From an uncultured Verrucomicrobiae bacterium (lineage in GTDB: Bacteria; Verrucomicrobiota; Verrucomicrobiia; Palsa-1439), in assembly GCA_963812605.1 (NCBI GenBank), contig CAWEWF010000001.1:544001-608000 (forward strand): a DNA stretch of 64,000 bases. The letters are read 5' to 3'. Positions 34,532 to 43,434 of the stretch are shown one piece after another. Numbering within the stretch: the stretch's first letter is position 1; each line of letters starts with the position of its first letter. Below the pieces are notes generated by a model. That model did no database searches. It saw only the letters and a list, made by a program, of their open reading frames with translations, and was not told where the DNA came from. Both the position numbers and the translations under genes were made by a program.

Positions 34532-34603
34532 GTGAGTGTTGTGGTTGTCGGGTGTTTCTTTAGGCTCGATGGTGCGTATGCGGCGCCAGCAGTGAAGCTG
34601 GTC

Positions 34604-34780
34604 CCGCCTTTTACGCGAGCAGACCTTAACTGTTACCTTCAGAAAACCCTGGAATTTCTTGGCTGAAACCACCGTTGCCGCGCCGAGCGCGGTCGATGAT
34701 TTCACGCCAAGTTCAAAGTGGTGGTGCCTTCTGGAGAAAGTTCGTACCTTTTTTAATGAAAATCCAGTCTGATTTGGGTA
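34604..34780 (-). repeat. internal inverted attP copy (177 bp)
   Basis: 34604-34724 is the exact reverse complement of 32582-32702 (121 bp); 34719-34780 is the exact reverse complement of 35386-35447 (62 bp); the two overlap on TGGTGG. Confidence 0.93.
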
Positions 34781-35447
34781 AGGGAGCAATGGCTCCGTGA
34801 AGAGATCCGCGCGAACCGAATCATGATTCTTGAACTGATGAAATGGGGGGTAGTAGTTCTGTCCGGCGTTACGTCATCGCTATATTTTGTTCGGCGTAAC
34901 GTGGCGAAGCACTTGGCGGCACTCGGTGCACACCTTCGCCGTCGATGGGGTAAGAGGGGTATCGACGTAGCACAAGGGGGGTGTAGCCGAAGCGTATGTA
35001 ACCCGAGCCGATCCATCTGCGTAGCTGCGAAACGGGAGGGGAAAAGGTGTCGAGAGGAAACCTGGGGAGGCTTCCTCCCTGTTTTCCTGCGAACCCGTTT
35101 CCGGGTTCTTGTCTCCCGCGTAAGCGGGCTGTCCCACCCGTGTTCGACCCGTTAAAGGACATTGTCCTTTAACACGTTCCCGTGCGTGGGTGAACCCGTT
35201 GTGTCGCCTCTGCGACGAGCGCGAGCACGGCCTGCCCTGAGGCCGCGCGCAGCCCGATTCCGCGTGAGCGGAAAACCTATGGAAGTAGGGGATGTCAAAC
35301 GAGGGGTGAACCACGACAAAACCGTTGTAAACATTGACTCATCTGGGATCAGCACCCCTCCCCACAGTGGGGAAGGGTGTGGGGATACCCAAATCAGACT
35401 GGATTTTCATTAAAAAAGGTACGAACTTTCTCCAGAAGGCACCACCA

Positions 35448-35497
35448 TTCGACGCGCCCTTCGCTCAAGCGAAGGGCTTGCTCATGGCAGGCCATTC
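35448..35497 (+). repeat. hairpin/REP-like sequence, presumed original downstream flank of tmRNA
   Basis: TTCGAC..GCCCTTCGC-TCAA-GCGAAGGGC..GCTCATGGCAGGCC immediately after attR. Confidence 0.55.
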
Positions 35498-35545
35498 CAC
35501 TAAATTCGACACAGACTCTTTGCACGCCAGCGCGGCGAATGGGCG

Positions 35546-35833
35546 ATGAACTCCTACACCTATATTCTTCTCTGTGCCGATGATTCTCTGTATGTTGGGC
35601 ACACGCACGATTTGAGTTTGCGGGTCGATGCACACGACACAGGTCGCGGCGCTCTTCACACCGCCAAACATGGAGTTGCTCGACTGGTCTACTCAGAAGA
35701 ACATGCCACCGAAGCGCTAGCCGTGGCACGCGAACTTCAGATCAAGAAATGGAGTCGTGCGAAGAAGATGGCGCTCATCAATGGGGATTTTGAGCGACTA
35801 CGCGAACTCAGCCGGAGCCGAGACAAATTCTAA
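35546..35833 (+). CDS. GIY-YIG nuclease family protein (YhbQ-like)
   Basis: YTYILLC..SLYVGHT..R...H, ARELQIKKWSRAKK. Confidence 0.92.
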   Translation: MNSYTYILLCADDSLYVGHTHDLSLRVDAHDTGRGALHTAKHGVARLVYSEEHATEALAVARELQIKKWSRAKKMALINGDFERLRELSRSRDKF

Positions 35834-35876
35834 AGCGTTGCGAAAGGCTGCTCAAAGGCGGTGGAACATCCTGCGG

Positions 35877-36683
35877 ATGACCGTCATGTTCGAGGGAAAG
35901 ACCCGGCGGCGTAATCGGCTTCAGGCACAAACCTTCCCCGCATTGTGGGGGGCCATCCTGCAGCAAAACGTCTCGTACTATCAGCGGCTCACCCCGTCCG
36001 AGCGCAAGGAATTGCACGGTGACATTCAGGTGTTCATCGCGGAGAAAAACTTCGAAGGGTGCGGCGGCCTGGAAATTACCGAGGAGATCAAAGTCACTAT
36101 TGCCGCTTACGCCTGCATCCTGTTGCTGAACCGCCGGCACGATTTTTATCCGCGTCTGCGATCCATCCTCGTCTATCCTGATGCCTATCCCGCGGCGGTG
36201 GTGCGAATCGCGCCGGGAAACATCGCAATCGAAGGCCACGAGATGCGCGCCGGGGAATCCTGGCGGACTGGGGCGGTGGTCCTATCGTGGAACCATGTCC
36301 TGCGTCGCCCGGCGGCGGTTCCGGAGGGCCGAAATGTGGCGCTCCATGAGTTCGCGCATCAGCTCGACCACGAGAATGGCTTTACCAACGGCGCCCCGGT
36401 CTTGCCGACAACTTCCCAATATGCCACGTGGGCCCGCGTTCTCGGGAGTGAGTTCGCTACCTTGTCCAAACAAACCGCGGCTGAACAGCCGACGCTCATC
36501 GATAAGTATGGCGCAACCGAACCGGCCGAGTTCTTCGCTGTCGTCACGGAATATTTCTTTGAAAAATCGGCCCAGCTCCAACAGCGGCATCCCGAACTTT
36601 ACGAGGAGTTAAGGCGTTTCTACCGCCAGGACCCGGTCAGCACGGATCGCATGGAATCACCAACGCGCCAGACCCCAAAATAA
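35877..36683 (+). CDS. M90 family zinc peptidase (MtfA-like)
   Basis: GESW..GAVVLSW, HEFAHQLD, YGATEPAEFFAV.TE.FFE. Confidence 0.92.
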   Translation: MTVMFEGKTRRRNRLQAQTFPALWGAILQQNVSYYQRLTPSERKELHGDIQVFIAEKNFEGCGGLEITEEIKVTIAAYACILLLNRRHDFYPRLRSILVYPDAYPAAVVRIAPGNIAIEGHEMRAGESWRTGAVVLSWNHVLRRPAAVPEGRNVALHEFAHQLDHENGFTNGAPVLPTTSQYATWARVLGSEFATLSKQTAAEQPTLIDKYGATEPAEFFAVVTEYFFEKSAQLQQRHPELYEELRRFYRQDPVSTDRMESPTRQTPK

Positions 36684-36746
36684 ATGCACCCCAACGGCCA
36701 CGCAGGGCCGCCGGGGTGCATGGAACTGCTTGGCCTTTGGGAAGGC

Positions 36747-36983
36747 TTACTTCCGTTTTTGCGCGGCCTTGATCTTGGCCCAACGAGCGCGCTGTGCCGC
36801 CGCGATCCGCTCACGAGCGGCCGCCGAAAACCTCGGCTTGCGCCGGGTTATCAACTTGGAACCGGTAACTCCTCCATCCAGGGATGAAAGCGCCTTGAGC
36901 GCGAGGTTGAGCTTTTCGAGTTCGTGCTCTGCGTGTCGGCGTTGAATCTGCAACTGCTGAACAACTTGATTGATACTAGACAT
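36747..36983 (-). CDS. small basic coiled-coil protein, putative nucleoid-associated
   Basis: N-terminal coiled coil plus FSAAARERIAAAQRARWAKIK tail. Confidence 0.75.
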   Translation of the reverse strand: MSSINQVVQQLQIQRRHAEHELEKLNLALKALSSLDGGVTGSKLITRRKPRFSAAARERIAAAQRARWAKIKAAQKRK

Positions 36984-37188
36984 GATCCTCCGGGACTGGT
37001 TATTGCTCACATGACAATTTCACTCACGCGAATAGTGTAACAACATCGTAGCGTTAGTTCAACTGTTTCGTGTGACGATCGGTCCTAAGGATCCATGAGG
37101 CGATGTTGTTTGATTTCAACCCCAATGGGTTTATAATGCCGGGAAAGAAATTGGCAAGTGTTGGCGGTCAGCAAAGGAATACCATTCG

Positions 37189-37518
37189 ATGAAGAAGCGG
37201 ATTTTATTGATGATAACAGCCGTGGCGACATTCGCGGGAATTGGCTGCGAGGAGCCGCGTCCACGGCCTGTGCCACCTCCTCCCCAGTATCGCACCCAGC
37301 CGATGGGCCTGGCGGACATCAAGATGCTCGCGAAATCGGGTGTCAGCGACGAAGTCATCCTTAGCCAGATTCGCAACTCGCGTACCGTCTACCACCTCAG
37401 CGCAGCGGAGATCTTGGACCTGAAGGACGCCGGTGTGAGCGAGAAAGTGATCGACTTTATGATCAACACGGCGAGCCAGTATCGTCCCCCGGGCCCTCCT
37501 CCTCCGCCGTCTTATTGA
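37189..37518 (+). CDS. hypothetical lipoprotein
   Basis: Signal peptide ending AGIG-C, Pro-rich ends, duplicated L..xGVS..VI motif. Confidence 0.8.
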   Translation: MKKRILLMITAVATFAGIGCEEPRPRPVPPPPQYRTQPMGLADIKMLAKSGVSDEVILSQIRNSRTVYHLSAAEILDLKDAGVSEKVIDFMINTASQYRPPGPPPPPSY

Positions 37519-37611
37519 GGAACGACCGGTTGCCATTTGTTCGACGTGTTGCCTCGGTGCGGTCCCGCGCGGGTTCCGGCTCGGATTGGTTGTGCCGTTG
37601 AGACGATAGGG

Positions 37612-38967
37612 ATGCTGAAACACCGTTTCACGTTGGTTTACCGCTGGGTGAGAAATCTGCTTTCGGTGGCGGTCGCCGTGGTCTTTTTGCTGCTGCCGGG
37701 TCTGACGACCATCCGGGACCTTGCGGATCCAGGCCTGAGGCGACCGGGTATCCCGGAGAAAGCCTGGCGGATGCATCGTTATCTGACGCCGCTTATCCAG
37801 CGGTGGGCGCGGGAGCGCATCGCGTCCAAGCGCGCGGCGCACTTGAATCTCTACGATGTTCCCAGCACCGAGTGGCCGATGTTCACCTGCGTGTTTTATT
37901 TGCGGGCGACCGAAGCCTTGCAGGCGGCGTGGGAAAAGGACCATCAACTGTCCCGCGAGGCCCCGTTAACCTACTCACGGGACACGGTGGAAGCCGCGAA
38001 GGACCTGCTGCTCGATCCCAACCATCACACGTGGGTGCGCCAGCATTGGGGGGACGACTACTGGCACACCCAGAATGTGTTTTTTCGCTCGTTGGTTATT
38101 TCAGGAATCACCAGCTACGAGCAACTCGACGGGCGGGGTCAGTACCGACCGTTCTTACGGGACCAGGTGGACACGTTATCGGCGTCGCTGGATCAGTCGA
38201 AACTGGGTTTGTTGGAAGATTACCCGAATGAATGTTATCCGATTGATGTCGTCGCGGCGATTGCGTGGATCAAACGCGCGGATGAGTTGCTCGGCATCGA
38301 TCGCTCGGAATTCTATGCGCGGTCGTTGCGGGCTTTTGTGGGGGCGCAGTCGGATGGACGGGGATTGGTTCCCTACACGGTTGACTATTTGAAGGGAAGG
38401 GTGGATGAACCGTCGCGCGGGATTGGCAATTCGCACGTCCTGATGTCCGCTCCCGATCTGTGGCCCGCACAAGCGGAAACCTGGTATGATCTTTATGAAA
38501 AACATTTCTGGCAGGAACGCTGGTGGGCGGCCGGCTTTCGCGAGTATCCAAAGGATGTCACGGACTACAGTTGGTACGATGTGGATTCGGGGCCGATTGT
38601 CGATGGCTTCAGCATTTCCGGCAACGCATTCGCGGTCGCGGCATCGCGGATCAACGGACGCTTCGATCATGCCTTCACGATCAGCGCCCAGGTGCTGACC
38701 GCGTGCTGGCCTTTGCCCAACGGCCTGCAACTTGGCCCGCGCCTCATTTGTCTGTCCGCCGGCGATCACGCACCCTATCTCGGCGAATCCGCGATCATGT
38801 TCTTCCTTACGCAAAACCCAAAAGAAGGCATCCCGGTGAGGACCGGCGGACATCTGGTTGGTTCCGTGTACCTTGGTCTGTTATTCTACCTCGGATTTGG
38901 CGGACTCATGCTGTGGTTGTCCATCCGCGATATGCAAAAGTTGTGGCGAGAAAAGCATCCCCATTAG
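37612..38967 (+). CDS. membrane-anchored protein, possibly a linalool dehydratase/isomerase-like alpha/alpha barrel
   Basis: TM helices at both ends; LEDYPNECYPID, GFREYP and DVDSGP motifs; fold assignment is an inference. Confidence 0.55.
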   Translation: MLKHRFTLVYRWVRNLLSVAVAVVFLLLPGLTTIRDLADPGLRRPGIPEKAWRMHRYLTPLIQRWARERIASKRAAHLNLYDVPSTEWPMFTCVFYLRATEALQAAWEKDHQLSREAPLTYSRDTVEAAKDLLLDPNHHTWVRQHWGDDYWHTQNVFFRSLVISGITSYEQLDGRGQYRPFLRDQVDTLSASLDQSKLGLLEDYPNECYPIDVVAAIAWIKRADELLGIDRSEFYARSLRAFVGAQSDGRGLVPYTVDYLKGRVDEPSRGIGNSHVLMSAPDLWPAQAETWYDLYEKHFWQERWWAAGFREYPKDVTDYSWYDVDSGPIVDGFSISGNAFAVAASRINGRFDHAFTISAQVLTACWPLPNGLQLGPRLICLSAGDHAPYLGESAIMFFLTQNPKEGIPVRTGGHLVGSVYLGLLFYLGFGGLMLWLSIRDMQKLWREKHPH

Positions 38968-39070
38968 CGTCGCTGAAAATCTTCCGACCCATTTTCGCCC
39001 TTTCGGTATTGCGCCCATCGACAAGATTTGCATTGATTTTATGGTCGGTTTGCACGAGACGTTAGGGACA

Positions 39071-40108
39071 ATGAGGTGGTTGGTGGCTTTCTTCACGGTC
39101 GGATTTTGCTGTGCCCTGTCGCTGGTCGCATTGGCAGCGGACCCCGGGCCGGTCGAGTCCCTGAAGAGCTTCAGTGACTTCACGGAGGTCGATTTCAACC
39201 GTCTGCTGAACGGGGATGTGCTCTCGGAACGCGGTTCGTTGATGGATTTTCCCAACGGGATTTCGGCGCAAACCTGTTTCGTGGTGCCGCTATCGGCGGA
39301 AGAAACCGCGAGGCGACTGCAATTGTGGGACCCATCACCGCATCCCGAGTTGAAAGTTTTCGCCTTCCACTCGCTCCATACGCCCTGTGAATTGGCGGAC
39401 TTTCAGCCATTGGATTTCAAGACCAGCCAGCACCCGGTGCGCTGGTTGTTCGACAAAATCGTCGCTTCAACCCCGGCCAAGTCCGATCTGAATCTGACGC
39501 ATACCGAAGCCCAGCAACTGTCTGGTTGCATCGCGAAGCACGCTGATCCGCAGAAAGTGTCCGAGTGCATGGCAGCGTTCCTGCTGGGCCGCGCGTCGGC
39601 ATTTCAGCAAAAAGGGCTCGACGGGGTCCAACCTTACGAGACAGAGGGAGCGTCGATCTCGCCGGTCGTCCAGTTGCGCGCCATGCTGCGCGAACAACTC
39701 GCCATCGCCCACGAATTCTCGCCCATTCTGAAGAAGATCGGGCTGCTGGGGAATGAGACCGTCCCCTCGCTGACGCCGTTCTACTACTGGACTCTCTTCG
39801 ACGCCGACTATCACGGGACGATCAGTTTGGGGGCGGTGTATCAGTTGGCGGTGGGCGATCATTTCCAACTCGTGGATATGGAGTATTACGTCAGCGGCAA
39901 CTACTACACCTCGGCTACGGTTTTTGAAGTTTGGCCGATACGTGTCGGCGGGAAGCCCGGGGCGTTGGTGTGGCGCGGTGATTTCTTTGCGGCGCCGATG
40001 CTGGCCTTCACCAAGGGGACCGAGCGTATCGCCTACGGCGCGCTCATGCTGCAAGACATCAAAAAAGAGATTCACTGTTTTCAGGATGAGGCAAAGACGA
40101 GGAAATGA
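39071..40108 (+). CDS. secreted hypothetical protein
   Basis: Signal peptide; ATGA overlap with the next gene. Confidence 0.75.
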   Translation: MRWLVAFFTVGFCCALSLVALAADPGPVESLKSFSDFTEVDFNRLLNGDVLSERGSLMDFPNGISAQTCFVVPLSAEETARRLQLWDPSPHPELKVFAFHSLHTPCELADFQPLDFKTSQHPVRWLFDKIVASTPAKSDLNLTHTEAQQLSGCIAKHADPQKVSECMAAFLLGRASAFQQKGLDGVQPYETEGASISPVVQLRAMLREQLAIAHEFSPILKKIGLLGNETVPSLTPFYYWTLFDADYHGTISLGAVYQLAVGDHFQLVDMEYYVSGNYYTSATVFEVWPIRVGGKPGALVWRGDFFAAPMLAFTKGTERIAYGALMLQDIKKEIHCFQDEAKTRK

Positions 40109-40977
40109 AACTGAGGCTGGTCGCCATGCTTGTCCTGCTGCCGACTGCTGCCGCTTGGGCGGCCAACTCGATGAGCATCTCGCAGGAATTGGACACCGAA
40201 TACGGTTACACCGGCGGCGTGACCACGCGCGGCGGCGGCGTGAGTATCCACTCGGTTGACGAACAAAGCGCTGACGTCCGCTACGTTATCTCCCCGCAAG
40301 TTAACAAAGACCTGCTCTTGCGGCTGGGAGTCGAATGGCAGCGTTTCTCTTTCGGCGTGCCGGATCATGCACCCGTGCCCAGTGTTTTACAGCAAGCCAG
40401 CCTGGTGCTGGGGTTTGACTATCAGCTTGCGGACGAATGGCTGATGCGCGTGGAGGCGCAACCCGGCATTTACAGTGATTTCCGGAACATCACCTGGCGC
40501 GATGTCGACATGCCAGTTGTCGTTGGCTTGGTGTATTTGGCCAGTCCCGATTTGCAGTGGGTCTTCGGGTTGAGAGTTGACGCGCGCACTCAGTACCCCG
40601 TCTTGCCGGCGGCTGGCGTCCGTTGGAAGTTCTCCGACCAGTGGACGCTGGATTTCATGCTGCCCAAACCGCGGCTCGAATACGACGTGACCGAGAAACT
40701 GCAACTCTATGTCGGCGCGGAAGTGCAGGCGGGAACCTTTGCCGTGGGACAGAATTTTGGCACACCACGCGGCCAGCCAAAACTGAACGACGCTATCGTC
40801 GATTATCTGGAGTTGCACCTCGGTTCGGGTTGTTCGTGGAAGATAACGCCGAACGTCACGATCGAGGCGGAAGCGGGCCTCATGCCCTATCGTAGCTTCG
40901 ATTTCTTCGACCCGAACATCGTCTTTCGGAGCCACAACGCCCCGTACGGCCAGATCGCCTGCCACGCCCGATTTTAA
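40105..40977 (+). CDS. outer-membrane beta-barrel protein (DUF6268-like)
   Basis: Signal peptide, PGIYSDF, LPAAGVRW, C-terminal Phe. Confidence 0.78.
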   Translation: MKLRLVAMLVLLPTAAAWAANSMSISQELDTEYGYTGGVTTRGGGVSIHSVDEQSADVRYVISPQVNKDLLLRLGVEWQRFSFGVPDHAPVPSVLQQASLVLGFDYQLADEWLMRVEAQPGIYSDFRNITWRDVDMPVVVGLVYLASPDLQWVFGLRVDARTQYPVLPAAGVRWKFSDQWTLDFMLPKPRLEYDVTEKLQLYVGAEVQAGTFAVGQNFGTPRGQPKLNDAIVDYLELHLGSGCSWKITPNVTIEAEAGLMPYRSFDFFDPNIVFRSHNAPYGQIACHARF

Positions 40978-41163
40978 TCGGATGCTTCCCGGCGGTGGAC
41001 AAGGAAAAGAGCGCGATCGACAATTAGTCCACCGAGTCGTGAACGCAGGCCTGTTATTGTTTGCCCACTGTTTGAACGATCGCGCTCTTGCATAACTCTT
41101 TTCGCCCGCGGTGAACCAGGCGATGTTTTCCTATTTTGTTGCCCAATTTGTAAGGAAGCCCTC

Positions 41164-41195
41164 CCGCACGGATCGGGCGCGCCCGATCCATGCGG
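41164..41195. terminator. GC-rich palindrome between convergent genes (terminator or REP-like)
   Basis: GGATCGGGCGCGCCCGATCC perfect 20-mer extended by CCGCA/TGCGG. Confidence 0.5.
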
Positions 41196-41210
41196 TCCCG
41201 GACGCTTGTT

Positions 41211-42077
41211 TCAAGTCGACTTACGACGACGAAGGCCCAACATCCCTAAAACCCCCATCCCAACCATGGCCACCGTCGACGGCTCGGGAACCACGGCAGT
41301 ACCCGAAATCGCCACGTTATCGAAACGCCAATTGCCTGAATTGTTGTTCAAGGCCGTTCCTTTGGTGCTGACATCGTCAACGCCCGTTGAGGCGTTCACG
41401 ATTCGAATGGCGAAGTTCGTATTATTCCCTGCCAACGGATCGGAAATGTTCGCGGTCAAACCGGTGAACCAATCCTGCCCGGCCAGTGCCCCTTGCCCGG
41501 GGTTCGAACCACTATCGCTGACAAACCACCCATTAACCGTATTGGCGGAGGTGGTGTTGTTCGAAAGCACGAGTCCGGCGTCGGACCCGCCCAGTGTCAG
41601 CTTAACATTGTTCCATGTGCTGCCATCGGTGGTGTATTGGAGTTGCATATTCGCCTCGCCCTGAGTCGTCGCATACCAATCGAGGCTAACAGTAACATTG
41701 CTGAACCCGAGGGTGCTCACAGCGAACTGGGCTCCCTGCGAGCCAATCGGCGCCAAGCTCGACCAGCCGTTGGCGGCGGGGTTGCCCTGCGCCCGGATGC
41801 GCCATATCTGAGTGAGATTGGCAACACCGTTCGACCCTGTGTCTCCGGTCACGCCTTGGAGGACATCGTCGGCGTTCGTGCCGACATTCGGGGTTGGGTA
41901 AACGCCCATGCCAAGGGCGCTGGCGGTGCCCGAGCCGGTAGTGGGACTCGGGCTGTTGTTAGCCGCGATCGCGTTGGTCTCGAAAGTCCAAGCGGCGATA
42001 GTGGTTTGCGCCTGACCGTTTGTTTGAATGAGTAATGCCAGGGCCCCGGCCAATGCAAATGATAGGTGTTTTCTCAC
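41211..42077 (-). CDS. PEP-CTERM sorting domain protein
   Basis: Signal peptide; C-terminal VPEPST-TM-RRRK. Confidence 0.93.
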   Translation of the reverse strand: MRKHLSFALAGALALLIQTNGQAQTTIAAWTFETNAIAANNSPSPTTGSGTASALGMGVYPTPNVGTNADDVLQGVTGDTGSNGVANLTQIWRIRAQGNPAANGWSSLAPIGSQGAQFAVSTLGFSNVTVSLDWYATTQGEANMQLQYTTDGSTWNNVKLTLGGSDAGLVLSNNTTSANTVNGWFVSDSGSNPGQGALAGQDWFTGLTANISDPLAGNNTNFAIRIVNASTGVDDVSTKGTALNNNSGNWRFDNVAISGTAVVPEPSTVAMVGMGVLGMLGLRRRKST

Positions 42078-42470
42078 GCTTCAGTCCTCCAGTTTTCTCG
42101 CTAATAGGTTTACGGTTTAAACTCGCTGCCAAAGTGTTTACCCCGCAAGGAAGGCAAACCAAGGGCGCTACCGTTACAATCACGCAACGCCATGGCGCAC
42201 CCGGGGAATATTACATCCCGTCGGGGTCAAACGGATTCCGGATGACGGCTCGACTAACTGCACCTTGACCAAATCTTCCCTGACTTATCGCCACCAATTC
42301 GTGACACAAGCGTTTCGTTTTCTGCCTTTGTTTGTCACGTGGCCCGGCCATCGTGCGTTGCGTGCAGGGTCGCAGGAACTCACGGCGAGTTCACGCGAAC
42401 AAACTACCAGGGGAGCGCTGTCCTGCGCGTTCGACGCGCGGGGGAACAATTCACGCAAGGAGAAGACACG

Positions 42471-43286
42471 ATGCGGCAGTCCCGTCGAATAAGTGGGGCG
42501 TTCACGTTGATTGAACTGCTGGTGGTCATCGCCATCATCGGAATTCTTGCGGGCATGCTGTTGCCGGCGCTGTCCAAAGCGCGGGCTCGGGCAACACTGG
42601 CACAGTGCGTCTCGAATTTGCGGCAGTGGGGCCTCGCCGCAACCATGTATTTCGATGACGCCAACAGCTACATTCCCCTGGACGATTACGACAGCGCCGG
42701 GAACGATATGCCCAGTTGGTCGGATCTCTCCAATCCCCAATCCGCGTCCTGCTGGTATATCGTCCTGCCGCCCTATGTCCAGAAGCCCGCCATGACAAGT
42801 TTCCATAGCTTCAACGGTTTTAACTACCTCTATCACACCAAGAATATCTTCGAGTGCCCGGCGGTCAATTGGGCCCAGATGGAAAGTCCCACAAAACGCC
42901 CGTACTTCAGCTACGCCATTAATTCCAAACTCAATGAGACCGTGTCGGTAGACACCATCAAGCAACTAGATCAGGGAACAAGCGGTCCGAATAACAGCAA
43001 TCACCGCCCGGTCAATACCACGACGGTCGCCATGTTCCTCGACACCATCGCGCAACTTTCCGAACCAAGGGCTTTCGTCGGCCAAAGCTCGGGATCATCA
43101 CCGAAATACGCCAGTCCCAAGTCCTACACGACGCGAATTTCCGCCCGACATGCTGGTTCTTGCAACATCTGTTTCTTTGATGGCCACGTGGAGAACGTCC
43201 AATTGGTGAACCTATTCGACAGCTCGGGCAAAAATATTAAGACCTCACCGGTGATCTGGGATCCGTTTGATCCCGACATACCGTAG
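42471..43286 (+). CDS. prepilin-type N-methylation protein with H-X9-DG motif
   Basis: [37 protein letters not shown]. Confidence 0.92.
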   Translation: MRQSRRISGAFTLIELLVVIAIIGILAGMLLPALSKARARATLAQCVSNLRQWGLAATMYFDDANSYIPLDDYDSAGNDMPSWSDLSNPQSASCWYIVLPPYVQKPAMTSFHSFNGFNYLYHTKNIFECPAVNWAQMESPTKRPYFSYAINSKLNETVSVDTIKQLDQGTSGPNNSNHRPVNTTTVAMFLDTIAQLSEPRAFVGQSSGSSPKYASPKSYTTRISARHAGSCNICFFDGHVENVQLVNLFDSSGKNIKTSPVIWDPFDPDIP

Positions 43287-43434
43287 GCGCTGTATGGGCC
43301 CTGGGTGGAAGAGTTGCTGCGGGGTTGTGACATCCTCGCTTTTTGTTCGTTGCATTGGCTTTGTACAAAGTTAGGCGGGCGAGATTCAAGTCAACATTAT
43401 TAATCAGGGAAGAAATCGATTGAGGGAAATTACC

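Larger units (their letters stand above)
32582..35447. mobile_element. small integrative element at the tmRNA 3' end, bounded by CCACCA cores (attL 32582-32587, attR 35442-35447)
   Basis: The recombinase gene runs into tmRNA; both att arms are independently defined by an internal fused copy at 34604-34780. Confidence 0.85.

Noticed and set aside
34124-34603. Complete IS630 insertion sequence
   Set aside because: No DDE domain, terminal inverted repeats or TA duplication seen
34840-34990. Rolling-circle dso of the pMV158 type (TACTAC next to G/C runs)
   Set aside because: Only a partial match (no TACTACGA within a G/C stem), and no rep gene is present
41008-41089. AAGAGCGCGATCG / CGATCGCGCTCTT stem enclosing ~55 nt
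   Set aside because: A single stem between convergent genes, with no further structure or family match
42140-42265. Possible c-di-GMP-I riboswitch (GGCAAACC)
   Set aside because: No GNRA-capped P2 stem and no GACGCAAA junction follow
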